A model generated the notes under the pieces. That model was not told where the DNA came from and did no database searches. It worked only from the letters and a program-made list of their open reading frames with translations. A DNA stretch of 64,000 nucleotides from positions 90,954,001 through 91,018,000 of the forward strand of contig NC_043004.1 of the NCBI RefSeq assembly GCF_006345805.1, in the 5' to 3' direction. Shown one piece after another: positions 11,901 through 25,031 of this stretch. The stretch's first letter is position 1, and each line of letters opens with the position of its first letter. This stretch comes from Octopus sinensis (Eukaryota). The translations under genes were made by a program, and so were the position numbers.

Positions 11901-12857
11901 TTAATACTTCTGTATATATCCCTGAATCTCTCTTCCTATATCATTCTCAACAGCTGATGCCTGACACTTTCTTTCTCCATTTCTCCCTCTCTTTCACTCG
12001 TACTCTCTAAATAGTATCTCTCCCCCCCCCCTATCCCCTCCCTCTCTCTCTGTTATTTCAATCCTTCTAACTCTTAATAATTGCCTGTTTAAATGTCAAT
12101 GCATCACTTATTGCTACCATCAAGAGAAACAACCTTTTGTTTTATCTTGGATTTCTTTATCAAACTGTCACCACTACCAGCACCAGCCCCACCATCACCG
12201 TCAATGGCAACAGCAAGATCTACATCAATAACAAAAACAGCAACAACAACAACAACAACAATGGTGATTATGATGATGATGAAGATGACAATGATGATGT
12301 TAATGAGGATGATGTTCAAGGGGAATAGATGAGGAGACATTACAAGTACCAGATACAAATAGTGTGGGTGGGGTTAGATCTAGCATTGGGGGTGGACAGA
12401 TGTGCAAAACAAGAGCATAAAAGCCTCTTAAAGGACAATGAATTGACAGAGTCATTAGTGTTGAATGAGATATAGTGCATTGTGGTATTTGTTACAGTGC
12501 ACTGCACTTTTAGATAATCTGAGTTCAAATCCTAATAAGATCAACTTTGTCTTTCATTCTTTTGGGCTTGGTAAATAAAGTGCCACTCCAGCAAAAATGG
12601 ATTGGCAGAATTGTTGGAGTACCAAATAATAGTGTGCCTTGTGGTATTGTTCTGGCTCTTGTGTCCTGAGTTCAAATTTTGCTGAGGAATTCAAATCTCA
12701 CTGGTGGTTATGGCTAAACACTGAACTATGGGACCACACACAATGGCTAGAGAAAGGTTATGGGTCTCTGCTAAATAAAGCAGTTCACTGTTGATATTAA
12801 TAAAGAGGATAGTTATTTGGTGCCAGTCAGGTAACTCCACACATCCCAAATTGTTCT

Positions 12858-13100
12858 TACTACCATCGTTAGTATGTGGAGGTGCCTGGCTTAGTGGTTA
12901 GGGTGTCAGCATCATGGTCATAAGATTGTGGTTTCGATTTCTGGATCGGGCGACATGTGTTCTTGAGCAAAACACTTTGTTTCATGTTGCTCCAGTCCAC
13001 TCAGCTGGCAAAAATGAGTAACGCTGCGATGGACTGGCGTCCCATCCAGCTGGAGAACACATACACCATTGAAACCAAGAAACCGGGCCCATGAGCCTGC
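12858..13100 (+). mobile_element. tRNA-derived SINE (third family; CORE-like plus V-like central region)
   Basis: Head ggaggtgcctggcttagtggttaggg...ggtttcgattt with A/B-box-like motifs, then gtgttcttgagcaaaacacttt and gcgatggactggcgtcccatccag. A degenerate relative lies at ~52215-52410. Confidence 0.65.
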
Positions 13101-14146
13101 ATTTATTTATTTTTTACTATGGTTAGTTCTCTCTCCTGAACAAATGTCGATTAAGCATGTCACAAAAAACAGTGGTTCTTTATTTGACTAATTAGCCAGA
13201 GAAAGAGAGAGAGAAGCAGGGTGAAAAGTGTTCTTTGGAAAAAGGAAGGGTTTCCATATACCCTCTTAAGAGGAGGTTGAGGGATCCCTGGCTGATGTGT
13301 TACAAGAAGTATGCTCTCTCAACAGAATCAGGGAATATGGAAGCATGTGTGTATTATTTAAGAGCAAGGATAAGCAAGGTGCTTGCTCTAAACACCTACT
13401 AACAAGACAGTGCTGCAGTACATAGGCAGAAGAAACACTAAAGTGACAAGCTGAGACTCTCATGCAGACATTGCCTCTTGATTCATAATTACCTTTGCAG
13501 CTTGATATGAGCAGGTTGTAACCTAAAGGAACATTCAGTTGGGTAGAGTCTTAATGGCTATCCAGGATCTGATGGCTCTGGAAAATCAATTAGTTATTCC
13601 AGAGCTGTATCCTGAATGGAGTGGGGTGTTAATCTGTCTGGAGACATAGAGCACACCATCCAGTCATTACATATGTGGTAGCGAAGTCAACTTGAGGGCT
13701 TTCTGTTCATAAAATGAGAAGTAACAAAAGAGGGTATCACAGCAGCAGATGTGGTGATAACAACAAGCCTTTGTGGTGACAACCATGACTGCTGCTGCTC
13801 TCACAGCATCGCCAGAGATAACCAGAGCAAAAACAGTGACAAATTAAATTTCCTCTCATCTCATTTTCTGTGCCACTTGTATCCTATCAGCTTGAAGCAA
13901 CAAAGTTTGGGAACAAGCTGGGAAAACCACAGGGGAGAGCAAGAAAAGAGCAAAAGAGAAACAAGAAAGGAGTTAATTAAAAAAAAAAATGGAACAAACT
14001 AATTACAAATATGACGTACTTTTGGAATACTTAAACTTTATAGCAACTATAACCAACCTGATTTGATGCTAAACCTAAAAGAGAGAACAACAAATGCTAA
14101 ACTATTTGAAGAGATGAAGGATTAACACAAAATGGTACCTCTAGAG

Positions 14147-14440
14147 CAGTGATTCTCAACCAGGGTCCATATGGCCCTTGGAGGTCAATATAAGATTCTG
14201 TTGTTAAAATTTATCTGCAATAACTTAGGTTATGCCTCTACAATACACAAAATATTTTAACAATTCTTTGATACAATTCCTAATAATATTTGATTATAAA
14301 AATATAGAAGGACTTTTTAAAACATTGAATGCCTAGGAAGATCCATCCGAGTAAAATAGGAATCAAAGGGGTCCATAGGTAAAAAATATATAGATTGTTA
14401 ATAGTACATCAGTGATTCTTCAACAGTCAAGGAATCACTG
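14147..14440 (+). mobile_element. hAT-Charlie-type MITE remnant
   Basis: Begins cagtgattctcaacc after the typical Charlie target ctctagag. The right end is uncertain: gaatcactg at 14432-14440, but the 8-bp TSD does not match. Confidence 0.5.
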
Positions 14441-14779
14441 CACATATGATGTGAGACAGTTCATGACTTGACTAAAGCTAAAAATGTTCAAGGGTAATTT
14501 TGGAAGACCTGATTTAAGGAAGTGATTGGATTTAAGGAAAAGAGTGGTAAAGATCATAAGGTGGTGATACCTAATATGACAGCTTCCTACTCCTGTGTGG
14601 GTATGAATTGCCTTTTTTTGTTCTTCGTTATATGGAGCTTTTCAACTGTTTTAGTGCCCTTACTATATGTTTATCCTTACATGTTTTGCAGCCCATTTGG
14701 TCTAACATACTTGATACTGTATGTATGGGACCTTGTGAGCTATGAAGAAAGGATTACTCCTCCTCCTCCTTAAGATGGT

Positions 14780-14970
14780 TAGCTGGCAGAATCATTAGTA
14801 CGCCAGACAAAATGATTAGTGGCATTTCGTCCGTCCTTACATTCTGAGTTCAAATGCTGCAAATATTGGCTTTGCCTTACATCTTTTTGGAGTCAATAAA
14901 ATAAGTACCATCAAACACTGGAGTTGATATAATTGACTAGCTTTCTCTCCCCCAAAATTGCTGGCCTTGT
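14780..14970 (+). mobile_element. tRNA-derived SINE with Meta/MESC-like central domain (degenerate)
   Basis: agctggcagaatcattag...ctgagttcaaat...gccttacatctttttggagtcaataaaataagtacc. Confidence 0.7.
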
Positions 14971-15155
14971 TCCAATGGGACATTAGATGGTATGTGAGGA
15001 ACGAAGACGGTGTCACGTTTACCACAACCAGTGAGAATATTTGCCTCAACACATAGGTTTGTGCACAATTAGTGTTGCCTCCCTTGAACCATTTACTTGC
15101 ACTTTATGGGACAAACACACACTCAAATGAACAGAATCTCTCTCTTATAAATATA

Positions 15156-16443
15156 TCAGGTCATCCCATAATTTCTGTCCAAATTTTAAATAAAGAAAAC
15201 AAGTGATCAAATGTTATATTTAATTGAAATTTAATCATCAATGTACTTTCCCTGATTATCTATGACTTCCTTCCATCTATTTACAAGCTTTTTAATCCTA
15301 TCAATGTAAAACTCTTTTGGTTTCAAAGCAAAGAACTCTGAAATGTCAGTTTTGACCTCCTCCTGGCTTGCGAAAGTTATGTTCCCCAAATGATTCTGTA
15401 AACTACGAAACAAATGGTAGTCTGAAGGAGCAAGGTCAGGAGAAAAAGGTGGATAAGGAATTTTTTCCCAACCAAGCTCTTCGATCTCTGTGATGTGATC
15501 TTTGCAGTGTGGGGGGTCATGCATTGTCCTGATGAAACATTACTCCTTTTCGATTCACTAAAGTGGGTCTTTTTCTTCAAAGCTTGGTTCAAACGCTCTA
15601 ATTGCTGACAGTAGACTTGAGCATTAATTGTTGCATTAGGTGGTAACAATTCAAAGTGAATTACTCCTTTGCAATCCACCAGATAGAGAGAAGAACCTTT
15701 TTTCCATGAAGTTCCCTTCTCGGTTGTGGTTGAGCTTTTTCCCTTTTACCAAACCACTGTTTACGACATTTAACATTTCGATAGAAGATCCATTTTTTGT
15801 CACCAGTCACAAATCTATCCAAAAAGGGTGAAATGAGTTCACAAGAATGGAGAGAAGAGCAGATGTCAACTCAGCATTTGTGGTTGCTTTCGAACAATTC
15901 ATAAGACACCCATTTTCCGAGTTTAGGAACCTTTCCGAGTTGTTGAAGATGACAATGAACAGTTGTATGGTTTGAACTAAGCTTTATTGCCAATTCTTCA
16001 ACTGATAATGCAGGAATTTTCTCCAAGTAATGCCTCAAGGAGTTTATCATCAAACTCAACTGGACATCCTGCTTGATCTTCATCTTCAAGGCTGAAATCT
16101 CCACATCTGAATTATGCAAACCATCTTCTGCAAGTTCTTTCATTCAAGCATTCTTTACCATAAACTGAGTGTATGTTTTGAGTTGCTTTGGCTGCAGAGT
16201 TTCCTTTTTTTGTACTCATAAAACTTATGAGTGCCTTAAATGCTCTTTGGATATTTCCATGTTAGAAAGGGTTTTAATCAAAGAAATTTTAATTCTGTTA
16301 TTCTGAAAATAATATTTAATTAGTTTAAATGTACACAAATGCATAAAAATGATTTTTAATTCCATTAGACATTCTAAAATACTATTAAATTTCATTCAAT
16401 TTAAAAAAAGGTAAAATCGGACAGAACTTATGGTATGACCTGA
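15156..16443 (-). mobile_element. Full-length decayed mariner (DD34D-type) transposon
   Basis: TIRs tcaggtcatcccataatttctgtcc / ggacagaacttatggtatgacctga with TA flanks; 1288 bp. Relic ORF ...GKWVSYEL...DCKGVIHFELL...PPFSPDLAPSDYHLFRSLQNHL. Confidence 0.95.
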
Positions 16444-17174
16444 TAGAAGAAGAAGAAGGAAAAGAAGATACCATTGTTATTGGTGGTAGTGACAGTGGCA
16501 ATGGTGGTGGCGCTGCTGCTGCTGCTGCTGATGATGATGATAAAGTGGTGATGATGATAATGATCATGTTTATGTTGACGATGATGATGATGATGATGAT
16601 GGTGACAATGACGATAATGGTGGTGGTGATGGCTCAAAATCCCTTGAGAAAAAATAGCAAGAAATGAGATTTATCTTCAACTAAACATGGCCAGGATAAT
16701 GCTTGACGTCATAGTGAGGTATAGACTCTTGGTGGGGAGATAAAGAGAGAGAAGGATAGAGAGAATGGTATAGAAAGAAGAAGAAGAAGAAGAAGAAGAA
16801 GGAGGAGAAGAGAGGGAGAGAAGAAAAAGACTAATTTAGAATGGAGAGAGTGAGGGGAAGGAATGAGGAAACTAAATATTTAACTCTAACGAGAAAATTT
16901 GCAGCTGCAAAGGTGTTATTGCAATTATTGTGTTTCTGTAGTATTAGTAGTAGTAGTAGTAACAGCTGATGTTGTTGTTTATGCTTTTGCAGCCATTGTT
17001 GTTGTAATTGTAGCTGTTGTAGTTGTTGTGAAGTAGCTGGCAAAATCTTTAGAGTGTTAGTCAAAATACTTTATGTTCCATGGTCAAATCTCACTGAGGC
17101 CAGCTTTGCTTTTCACACTTCTGAGCTGAAAAAAGAAACCAATGTACAAAACAGACAATATTGAAATACCTCAG

Positions 17175-17397
17175 GGAGCTGGGCAACGCCGGGCAAAATG
17201 CTTAGCGGTATTTCGTCTGCCGCTACGTTCTGAGTTCAAATTCCGCCGAGGTCGACTTTACCTTTCATCCTTTCAGGGTCGATTAAATAAGTACCAGTTA
17301 CGCACTGGGGTCGATGTAATCGACTTAATCCGTTTTTCTGTCCTTGTTTGTCTCCTCTGTGTGTAGCCCCTTGTGGGTAGTAAAGAAATAGGTATTC
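17175..17397 (+). mobile_element. tRNA-derived SINE with Meta/MESC-like domain
   Basis: B box gagttcaaatt, then cctttcatcctttcagggtcgattaaataagtaccag...ggggtcgatgtaatcgact and a gtaaagaaata end. Further copies at 17660-17860, 18509-18718, 42926-43149(-) and 46670-46850. Confidence 0.85.
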
Positions 17398-17939
17398 TGC
17401 CCATGTCTTCAACTTTGTTCTTGCAGCTCCTGTGATAACATTGATGCCAAGCTGTATCAACACTTGCTCTTTCCTTGAACAACATCAATGATGTGGAGAG
17501 GACTGAAATACCGCTGGTCTTCCATGCCACCTTGCCCAACTCTGTCACCTAGAAAAGACACTCCAGTATCATCTCACCAAGCCACCCTACCAACACAGAC
17601 AGAAGTAAATCTTTCCTGGTGCAGATCAATGCCTTCATGAGATATATGGAAGCTAATGAATTTGTTGGCAGAATCATTAGAGTCTTGCACAAAATGCTTA
17701 CAGGCATTTCTTCCATCTCTTTACATTCTGAGTTCAAATCCTGCTGAGGTTAGCTTCGTTTTTCATCCTTTCAGGGTTAATCAAATAAAGTATCAGTCAA
17801 ATACTAAGGCCAATGAAATTGACTTGTCCCTTCTCAAAATTGCTGGTCCTGTACTGAAATTAGAAAGTATTATTTTAAATACCTGGGAGAATATTTCCAT
17901 TGTCGCCTCCTCATAGAAGCCTGACTTGAAGAGAAGAAT

Positions 17940-18240
17940 GAATGCAGTGAAGTTGAACAGGCTGTGGAATCCATCCACCATTAATTGCTTCTCACAAACT
18001 TTAAGTTCTTGAGAATGACACTAAAAGTATTGGGGACTTTTTTGGCCTTGTCTCTGAAATGGGTCAGCACAAGGGTATCATCCATGTATCTCCATCAAAG
18101 TATATTGTGCTCCTCAGAGCGAAATAGTCTGCATTCTATGCCATCCATAATAGGATCTCATTGGAAGGCTGCTGGATTGCCTGTAGATGATATTTTCATC
18201 AATGAAAATTGTGTTAGTAATGCAGAACTTTAGATTGGTG
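17940..18240 (-). mobile_element. Penelope-like reverse transcriptase core fragment
   Basis: Minus strand reads LKFCITNTIF...IYRQSSSLPM..S...WRYMDDTLVL...NLKF, the PLE RT motifs 4-6. Confidence 0.65.
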
Positions 18241-18508
18241 TTGTTTTTGACCCCCCCAGACAAAATATAAACTGTTTTCACTTCGAATTTTTATAAATTT
18301 TTACTAATATTTGATAAAATGTAATTCATCATTGAAACTGGTAATAGTCTATATTTTCTTTAAGTAATTTTAAAATCATTTTATTAAATGATTTCTAAAT
18401 TGAAATGTCATAGATTTACTTCTGTGCTATTTCCACCTCCGTCTTTTATATATAAAAATTTGATTTGTATAGATCTCTAATATTTTTTCAACTATATATA
18501 TATAACGG

Positions 18509-18718
18509 CAGTGAGCTGGCAGAAACTTTAGCACAGTGGCCGAAATGCCTAGCGGTATTTCATCTGTCTTTATGTTCTGAGTTCAAATTCCGCCAAGATC
18601 GACTTTGTCTTTCATTCTTTCGAGGTTGATAAATTAAGTACCAGTTGTGTACTGGGGTTGACTTAATTGACTGGGCCCCCTCCCTTTTGGACCTTGTGCC
18701 TGGAGTAGAAAGGAATAT
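18509..18718 (+). mobile_element. tRNA-derived SINE with Meta/MESC-like domain
   Basis: ggcagtgagctggcagaaac...ctgagttcaaattccgcc...ggttgataaattaagtaccag. Confidence 0.85.
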
Positions 18719-18989
18719 ATAAATATATATATATATATAAATATATATATAAGTCGTGACTGTATTTGAATTTAATCTTCTCTATTAAAGACTTTTCATA
18801 TTTCCCAAGTAGTCCTTCATCTTATTATTTCTAAGTTCATTAACATTTCAAGAAGCTGGACTTGAATTACTCTACCAGTCTCTTCAGGCTCTTGAGAAAA
18901 CTATCATAAATATTGATGATAAACTACAAGACTCATTCAGGTGTGAAGGCAATAAATAGATATAAATACAATAAAGACATACTTAAAAT

Positions 18990-20450
18990 AAGTCGTAAAT
19001 TAGCTCTACAGGGCCTGAAAAGAAATGATAAAATTGTAATACATAACAGCAATAAGAGTTAACTGCTTGTTATTATGAACAAAGATGAATGCATTACTGA
19101 AATAAGAAACATACTCTATAACAACAACAGCAAATTTAGGAAAATTTGGGAAGACAACAATTTATAATAACTGAAACATTAAATTCAATAAATTACCACA
19201 GTGGTGCTCAAATAAGATATATACACAGGAGAGTTTAACCTAACATATATTTATAGCTCTGTAAAAACTCACAAACACAAGCATCTTCTCTGGTTTACAA
19301 TCTTCTGTTGTAGTGAAAATGGTACACTCCTTCCCACGCGACAAAGTGGTATGAATCAGCCACTACAAAGTCAGACAGTCAGTATGTTGTACAAGTTAGT
19401 ACTAGTAGAGTCATTGTACGAGTTCTCAGTTGGAGCCAGTTATGTGATATATATGAGTTTGAGTTACCGTTAAGGTAGATATTTCAAAGTCATTGTCTTG
19501 TAGAGCTATCGGCAATAGCACGATAGACGAGTCAAAAATAGTATGATGCGGAAAACTACCACAACATAATAATAGCGACAAGAACATACAAGTGGACAGT
19601 GCTGATGACAACTTTCAAGTAAACAAGGATGCACACTAATACTAATACAATACACTTAATCAATACACCTACTCACAGAATTGCCAAATAACTAAATAGT
19701 ATCATAAAGAAATATGGGAGCCTGGTGCAGCCTCCTGGCTTCCCAGACCCCAGTCGAACCATCCAACCCATACCAGCATGGAAAACGGACGTTAAACAAT
19801 GATGATGATGATGATGAGTGATGTAGCATACAATTATTGGGCGAATTCTTTGAAAATTTGTAGGAAACCAACAAATTTGACATTTCCACCATAAATGTAG
19901 AAAGTCTTTGTACCAAAACTTTTGTAAAAGTAACAATCAGTAGAATTTTGAAGAAGATGGGTATACATCCTAGGGTAAAGCCACCTAATATGGCAAGAAA
20001 CATCCTTAAAATGTTTTTATTGACCGGCACAAACAAGGTTCTTTCCTTTGCCTACAAGACAGCCTATACACACAGAGGAATGGAGTGGTTATGAGTTTTC
20101 CAATCAGGCCCACATTCATGGTAAACATGAAACAAAGTTTTTTCCAGTATTGAACATAACCACATTATCTGTATTAGGTACATCAAAAACATAATTGTTT
20201 TGATATAGAAGAACGGGTAGGTATACTAAAAGATCTCAAAAATATTTTTACATTTAAATTTATTGTGTAATATAGCTCTAATATAAATTCAGACTACGAC
20301 ATTACCTGATTCTTAGATATAAATGTAGAAATAAAGAACAATACTTAGTATACACAGAAACAAAAAATAAATACTCGAACAAATGCATAGATGCATGGAG
20401 ACCTAGATATGAATATCTAGAGTCAAATCTCTTCTGAAATAAGCTTTCAG
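18990..20450 (+). mobile_element. Highly decayed Penelope-like element (RT region), interrupted by an unclassified insert and a SINE
   Basis: ALQGLKRNDKIVIHNSNK..LVIMNKDECITEIRNIL (cf. LK.NxDIVIKxADKG..VVIMNK), KTHK (~19265), PTHRIAK*LNSIIK (~19670), FLDINVEIKNN (~20310). Confidence 0.55.
19716..19817 (+). mobile_element. (ATG)n-tailed SINE-like element, short 3' copy
   Basis: gcctggtgcagcctcctggcttcccagaccccag...ggacgttaaacaatgatgatg. Confidence 0.9.
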
Positions 20451-21184
20451 ATTCTTGTCCACTAAAGAAACCTGCAATTAAAGAAATCCTATGAGTGAAA
20501 CAAACATAAATTGATACCTGACTAGATAAACAGACCAAGTTATAGAACAGCACAAGAACAAATCCATTCACACCAGATACAACAGATGCAGCATCTATTA
20601 GAAATACACAAATCATACATGTAGCATAAACAAAATTCATTCTAATTTCAGAATAAATGAATACATCATTTAAAACTCACTAAAAAAGAGCACAACATGT
20701 ATCACATCTAACCACAAATATATAAAATATATTATGAAAACACGAGAGTGTAAAAGTTTCACGTCCACATTGAATCCCAAGGCACAGACAATCGATGTAA
20801 TATACTGATTTTAATGTGAACATGGAAGTTATAAATCATTACGAAGAGTGTGTCATCAGAGATAGAAGTATTTTCTTGTTCATTAACCATGCATTTACAA
20901 CAAGGAACCATCACAAATCATTACTATACAGTATACAAAGCAAAATTAGATAGAAAAACATTAGTTGAAAGCACTGTTATCCCATATATATATATATATA
21001 TATATACACGCATATACATATATACATTCATACATACATTTATACATACATATATACATATACCTATATATATATATAGTGTGGTCGATGTCAGTGCCGC
21101 CTGATTTGCCCCGTACCAGTGGAACATAAAAAACACCCACTACAATCTTGGAGTGGTTGACGTTAGGAAGGGCATCCAGCTGTA

Positions 21185-22306
21185 TTCAATTCAATTCAAT
21201 TCAATTTTTATTGGCTCAAAAAGCAAAAGCAAGGCCATGTTGGGGGACATGGAGTTATGTACAGGGAGGGTGGTCATACAAAGAGTTCAGGCCATTTCTG
21301 GTCAAGAGAGGCTTTGAACCGAGCGGTCGTCAGCATCTTCACTATCTCGTCCGGCAGCTTATTTCATGGATCCACAACCCAGAGGGAGAAAGCCTTTCTC
21401 CTTCGATTGAGATGAAATCGTTGTAGATAGAGCTTTTCGGAGTGACCCCGCAACCCACGCTCTGGAGCAGGAGTGAAGAACAGCTCTTTTGAGAGGTTAC
21501 ACTTTTCATTTATGATGTTGTGAGCGAGAATGAGATCACCATAGCGTCGTCGTTTTTAGAGAGAATAAAGGTAGAACGTCTTCAGCCTTTCTTCATAAGA
21601 CAAATGCTTGAGACCAAGAACCATGCGGGTAGCTAGCTTCTGGACTCTTTCGAGATGATGTATGTCTTTGAGGAGATAAGGAGAAGAGGCTTGAATCCCG
21701 TACTCCAATATGGGTCTCACCAGCGTGACATAGAGCGGTAGGAATATGGCTGCTGTGAGCATTCCGAATGACCGTCGAATCAAAAACAGAACTCCACGTG
21801 CTTTGTTGGCAGCATGGACACATTGGGCTGAAGGCGAAAAGGAAGAATCTACCAAGATACCCAGGTCCTTTACTTGGTCGGTCTTCTCCAGCAGCAGACG
21901 ACCCAGCTTGAAATCAAGTTGAGTTGCAGGAGAGGAGCCAACAGGCAGATGACAGCATTTTGACACGTTCAGACACAGGTCCCATTCGTTTGACCATCTC
22001 CAAACTTGGTGGAGGTATCGACGAAGATCATCTACATCACTGCGAGGAGCGACCAGTTTGACGTCATCAGCAAATAGAAGGGTGTGTTGCGTGAGGTCGT
22101 CGGGCAAGTCATTGATGAAGACTAAAAACAAAAATGGCCCAAGCACTTAACCTTGAGGCATGCCACTGCTCGCACTGGAGATGTCAGACAGTGAACCATT
22201 AACTTGGACTTGGAAGGAGCGATCTGAGAGGAAGGCACCAACTCATCGTACAATATCCGGATGGAAACGATATGCTTGAAGCTTGACATGTAATAGGCGG
22301 TGGTTT
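21185..22306 (-). mobile_element. 5'-truncated CR1-clade LINE (second family) with (TTGAA)n tail
   Basis: NHRLLHVKLQAY...SGMPQG*VLGPFLFLVFINDLP...LFADDVKL...LEYGIQASSPY...WNKLPDEIV. The tail reads (aattc)n on the plus strand at 21185-21208. Confidence 0.9.
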
Positions 22307-23110
22307 CTTTACCCTAACGGCTTTCTCTACCATACTATTCCACCACCACGTAACTCTGGGTCTGGAAAGGACTTTCCACCATCCACAGACTTGGTCTGTG
22401 GCACTCAGCAAGCTGTCCCATAGGAATTTCCAGCTACCTTCTATGTCCGACGTTTGTAGCTCCTCCTCCCTCTCATCAAATTTATTTATGAGGATGTCCC
22501 TAAATCTCTGACCGTGTGAAGGGCTCTTTAGCTTCCAAATCCTTCTTTTCTGGATTAGTCTGCTTCTAGGTTTCCTTCTGGCCTTGAGCCTAAAGTCACT
22601 AATGACTAGCCTATGCTGGGGTTGTACATTCTTCACCTGGGAGGGTCTTTGTATTTAAGAGCAACCCTATGTCCTGCTGTCTGGTGAGGATGAAATCAAT
22701 CTGGCTTGCAGAGTCCCCTGATTGACAGGTTATAAGGTGGCTGTCTGGCTTCCTGAACTTAGTGTTGCAGATTAAAAGGTTACATGCATCACAGAATTCC
22801 AGTAGCCTAGTCCCCTCATCGTTTCGGGTGCCAATACCATGGCCACCGTGTACCCAATTGAAAATACCAGATTCAAACCCAATATGCCCATTAAAGTCTC
22901 CAGCCACAAACATGAGGTCATCATCCACTCGTCTTTGAGGTAGCCTGCAGAAGGGTATCATAAAAGTGGTCCTTCTGATCATTTGGTAGCCCCGCATGTG
23001 GGGCGTAGGCCGAGATAATTGTAGCTGTGCTGTTCTGTAGGACTAGCCTGAGCTTAAGCACTCTATCACATACCCTGGCAACCTCTATGACCTTGTCCAC
23101 CCATTTCTCT
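22306..23110 (-). mobile_element. RTE-clade LINE internal fragment (APE endonuclease region)
   Basis: GILLAEKWVDKVIEV...IISAYA...FVAGDFNGHIG...SQIDFIL...PQHRLVISDF...WWWNSMVEKAV. Confidence 0.85.
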
Positions 23111-23959
23111 GCAAGGAGTATGCCAACACCCCTACACCATCCATGTTATACGCATATATATATGTATATATATATACATTCACATTTCACATGCATACAC
23201 ATCCATAGCCATCATTCTCATCATCATTGTTTTACAACTGATTTCCATGCTGCATTGGGCTGGATGGGCTTTCATAGTCCAAGTCAGTTCTTATTCTAAG
23301 TTACTGCCTCCCTATGTGTATTCAGAGATCCTGTTGTACATTTTATTCTTACCATCAACCAATTTGCAGTGTAAACTGAATACATTTTATCATGGTATTA
23401 ATACTAGAGAAATACTCATGTCCCCCACAAAACAAGACTAAAGTATCCTCTTGACCTTACATTGTCTCCACGTATTTGTTAACCACTTTACATTGTATAC
23501 TGAATGTATTTTATTATGGTACCAGTACTAGTGACTTTGCCTTGAATTCCACATGACTAAAGGGTACTTACTCCATTTGGACAGCACAAATTGACCTTTA
23601 AAGTGGATAGAAGATACAGCAATTACAGAACAGGAATTAGGATGAGAGGGAGACAGAAGCAAAAGTATATTGGAAGTATATTGGGTAACAGAGTGAAAGA
23701 AGAGAGGAAATGGGAGAGAGAGCCGTTGGCAGAGAAGTACCGAAGAGGGATAGCTATGGCAGAGTGTAATAAGAGAAACGGGGTAATGGGGCGGAGACAC
23801 TAATGGCAACATGTTTACTGGTAAGAGAGTGAGTGAGTGAGTGATGGACAGTCAGTAATGAGCCACCTGAGCAGAGGTGAAGTGGAAGCTAGCAGCAGAG
23901 AAGGGTTACAGTGAGAAAGGGAGAGAGTATGTGTAATGGATAGTGGAGAGGCTAGTGTC

Positions 23960-24065
23960 ACGTGTGTGTGTAAATATATATATTTATAATTATGTATGTA
24001 TATATATATATATATAATATATATATATATGTGTGTGTGTGTGTATATATATATATATGTGTGTG

Positions 24066-24097
<32 letters not shown>

Positions 24098-24163
24098 TAT
24101 AAATTATATATATATATATGTATATATATATATAAATGTATGTATATGTATATATATATATGA

Positions 24164-24199
<36 letters not shown>

Positions 24200-24231
24200 G
24201 CATGTGTATTTATGTATGTATATATATGCAC

Positions 24232-24267
<36 letters not shown>

Positions 24268-24278
24268 GTGTATATATG

Positions 24279-24340
<62 letters not shown>

Positions 24341-24343
24341 GTG

Positions 24344-24415
<72 letters not shown>
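23960..24415. repeat. (TA)n/(TG)n microsatellite field (resumes 24805-25195 after the SINE)
   Basis: Read directly from the sequence. Confidence 0.95.
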
Positions 24416-24419
<4 letters not shown>

Positions 24420-24805
24420 TGCAGGAGTGGCTGTGTGGTGAGTACCTTGCTTACCAACCACATGGTTCCGGGTTCAGACCCACTGTGTGGCATCTTTGGC
24501 AACTGTCTTCTACTATAGCCTCGAGGCAACCAAAGCCTTGTGAGTGGATTTGGTAGATGGAAACCGATAGAAGTCCATCATATATATGTGTGTGTGGGGG
24601 GGAGGGGGGTTGCCGTCTGTATTTGTCCCCCCACCATCACTTGGCAACTAATGCTGGTGTGCTTACGTCCCCGTAACTTAGCAGTTCGGCACAAGATATC
24701 AATAGAATAAGTACTAGGCTTAGAAAGAATAAGTCCTGGGGTTAATTTGTTTGACTAAAGGAGGCCACAGTCAAATGACTGAAATATGTAAAAGAATAAA
24801 AGAAT
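24415..24805 (+). mobile_element. Bipartite tRNA-derived CORE SINE (OR2-like) with internal microsatellite, inserted in (TA)n
   Basis: Head taggtgcaggagtggctgtgtgg (A box)...ggttcagaccc (B box), CORE-like ggcatctttggcaactgtctt, central TA/TG tract, then a second module ending gtaaaagaataaaagaa. Confidence 0.85.
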
Positions 24806-24878
24806 GTATATATATATATATATATAATATATATATATATGTATGTGTGTGTATGTATGTATGTATGTATATATATAT

Positions 24879-24922
<44 letters not shown>

Positions 24923-24992
24923 ATGTAGATATATATTTATGTATATATATATATGTATATATATATTTATGTATATACATATATGTATGTAT

Positions 24993-25031
<39 letters not shown>

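Noticed and set aside
14410-14440. 31-bp mini-palindrome cagtgattc...gaatcactg as a separate hAT micro-element
   Set aside because: No 8-bp TSD. It could equally be a rearranged end of the adjacent MITE remnant.
24415-24500. tRNA-like A/B boxes (also 12858, 54700-54783 and other SINE heads)
   Set aside because: They continue into SINE bodies and lack a complete cloverleaf, so they are not tRNA genes.
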